From Octopus sinensis (taxonomy: Eukaryota): DNA of 64,000 nt. Positions 50,595 through 64,000 of this stretch are shown here, in pieces. The first letter of the stretch is position 1. Each line of letters opens with the position of its first letter. A model generated the notes under the pieces. It was not told the DNA's origin, searched no databases, and was given only the letters and a program-made list of their open reading frames with translations. The stretch lies in contig NC_043023.1 in the NCBI RefSeq assembly GCF_006345805.1, forward strand, positions 10,106,001-10,170,000, given 5' to 3'. The position numbers were made by a program, and so were the translations under genes.

Positions 50595-52566
50595 TATATA
50601 TATATATATATATATATATATGGGTACTTTTCTACAAGCGTGGTCCTGGTGCTAGCTAGTCGTGACTAGTCGATCTTACAAAGACTACGTAACGCGAGTG
50701 CGCGACTAAAAATCACACTCGCATGCCCTAGACATGTTTGAGGTTTTTTTAACAAGTAATATTTTTTAAACAAAGAAAATAAAACACAAAGTAAGTAATT
50801 TCTTTTGTTGAGTCTTTTATTTACTTTGTTTTAGACAAAACCCATTTTATTTGATATATATTCAGCCATTATATACATATATTATTATGCGCGCATCTGT
50901 TAATTTGCATACTCGCGCTAGGTAGTCGTTGAAGGATCGACCAGTCATGACGGACTAGCACGAGTGCACGCACCAGGACCATTCTTTTTGAGTAGTACCT
51001 TTGGTAGAGTATGGCAGACTGGTTATGGGGTTATGCTGCCTCTAATTTTTATTTCATCCCCCTGCAATGCTTCTAGATGTCTCACCAACGTATGTAATGT
51101 TCTTGTCTTTACAAGCACCCCACAAGAAAATCTCTGTCTATAGATGGGTAGAGGCGAATTATATCAATTCTACCCGGACACAACCCGTGAGGTCTTCAGA
51201 GGGTTTGCAGCTATTGATTCTACTGAGTAGATCCTCCCTGCTCACAAAGACGTGTGTCTCCATTTCCATGAGTGATCGTTACACCTTCGACAGGAAGGAG
51301 AATGATTAACATTGCCCCTTTTTATAATGAAGGACTCATGAAATTGTAAGATGTATTTGGAGTCAGGATTTTGCTCCATGAGCCGACTGTACTTTTTGGG
51401 GTTTATAAAATATTAATGTTGATGATAATAATAATAATAATGATTTTTTTTTTGTATTTTTAAGTACAAAACCTGAAATTTATAGGAAGGGGACAAATTA
51501 ATTTCAGGGACTCGAGTGCTCTACCGCTTGTTTTATTTACCTCGAAAGGATGAAAGTCGACCTCAGTGAAAGTCATACTTGGAAAAGAATGACGTTTGGG
51601 GCACCAACTCATGACAGACGAAATATAAAGAGGGACCTTCACTGTGGGCTAGCTAGCAAGCTGGTCTTCAGAGAAGGGACTCCTGGTTAGGTGGGAGGGG
51701 CATCTGGATGCTCAAATGATCGATCGTACTCGCCCTCACAGTGTGTACCTGATTGAAGAGAAATAAACAATGCACAGACACACTCCCATTCCTGATTGCT
51801 TTTATCTCTAGTTTGACAAAGCTATTTACGAACGAAATGCTGTTAAGCAATTAATTCGGCATCTTAGAGATTCTACCAGTATTTAATATTGTAGCAAGTC
51901 AGGAAAGCTATTTTAGTTGTTACACCATAGCACGGTTTTGCTATGTCATTCTCCAGCCCATCAGTGTGGGCACGCATGGATCCTAGAGGTAAGTTCAGTG
52001 CCCATGAAGAGAAGTGGGAGTTTTAATTAGTCAGCATTTCACTTGTGGCAACTTTGCTCTGCGAAATTCTGGATGGCATCAACTCACTACTCTGGTCATG
52101 TTATGCCCACTATATTTTTGTTTTAGCTAGCTCCATTCCCATTAGCTTCTAACACCTTCCAACTCAATCTACTTATGCAAGCATGGACAGTAAATGCATG
52201 ACAATGGTAGTGATATAAAATCTGCAATGTTTATTTACTTATGTTGGTCAACTATCCAGTTTTATCTTACTGCTTCTTTTCCTATTTCAGAATATCAGAA
52301 CATGTTGACGTGAAGGAAATCTCTCCATTCAGAAGTGTCTTTGATATTCTCATCACCTAAAGGAAGACGATATATTTATAAGGAGCATTCATGAATAAGT
52401 CTACCTCTGTATACAAATACAGTCTATAACAAGGAACAGTGAAATATTATTCTTTCTGTGGAATGTATGGAAGAAACATTGCATTAAGTTGTTATCCGAA
52501 TGAAGTGACAAAAGTGAACAGAAATGTATTCATGGAAATGAAAAACACTTTATCATTGTGAAGTGT

Positions 52567-64000
<11,434 letters not shown>

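Overview
AT-rich animal genomic DNA packed with (TA)n/(TG)n/(CAT)n microsatellites, SINEs and LINEs. The repeat content and the style of the C2H2 genes point to a coleoid cephalopod, probably Octopus (inference). Main contents: (1) A 5'-incomplete, 12-exon plus-strand gene (1184-25834) rebuilt by hand from GT-AG junctions with consistent phases. It encodes ankyrin repeats, a Mind-bomb-type linker and RING, four short duplicated exons and a C-terminal Death domain. Four of its ankyrin repeats are nearly identical in the scaffold and differ mainly at binding-surface positions. (2) Two paralogous C2H2 zinc-finger genes: a 7-finger gene (about 34049-34690) and a giant homogenised array of about 135 fingers (84-bp unit, 52567 to beyond 64000) broken by ten single-base deletions. 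(3) Retroelements: a near-complete antisense CR1-clade LINE whose AUG-less ORF2 starts in the -1 frame at a G-GGA-AAC-UAA site, a 5'-truncated RTE LINE with a PHD-like insertion, an RTE copy with a twin-priming-type 5' inversion, and many fragments. (4) Several type I hammerhead-ribozyme-like motifs with palindromic helix III, often inside long inverted repeats. (5) Mariner remnants, MITE/foldback elements and a 147/148-bp tandem array. Coordinates were counted by eye; exon and ORF boundaries should be exact or nearly so, while degenerate repeat boundaries are approximate.
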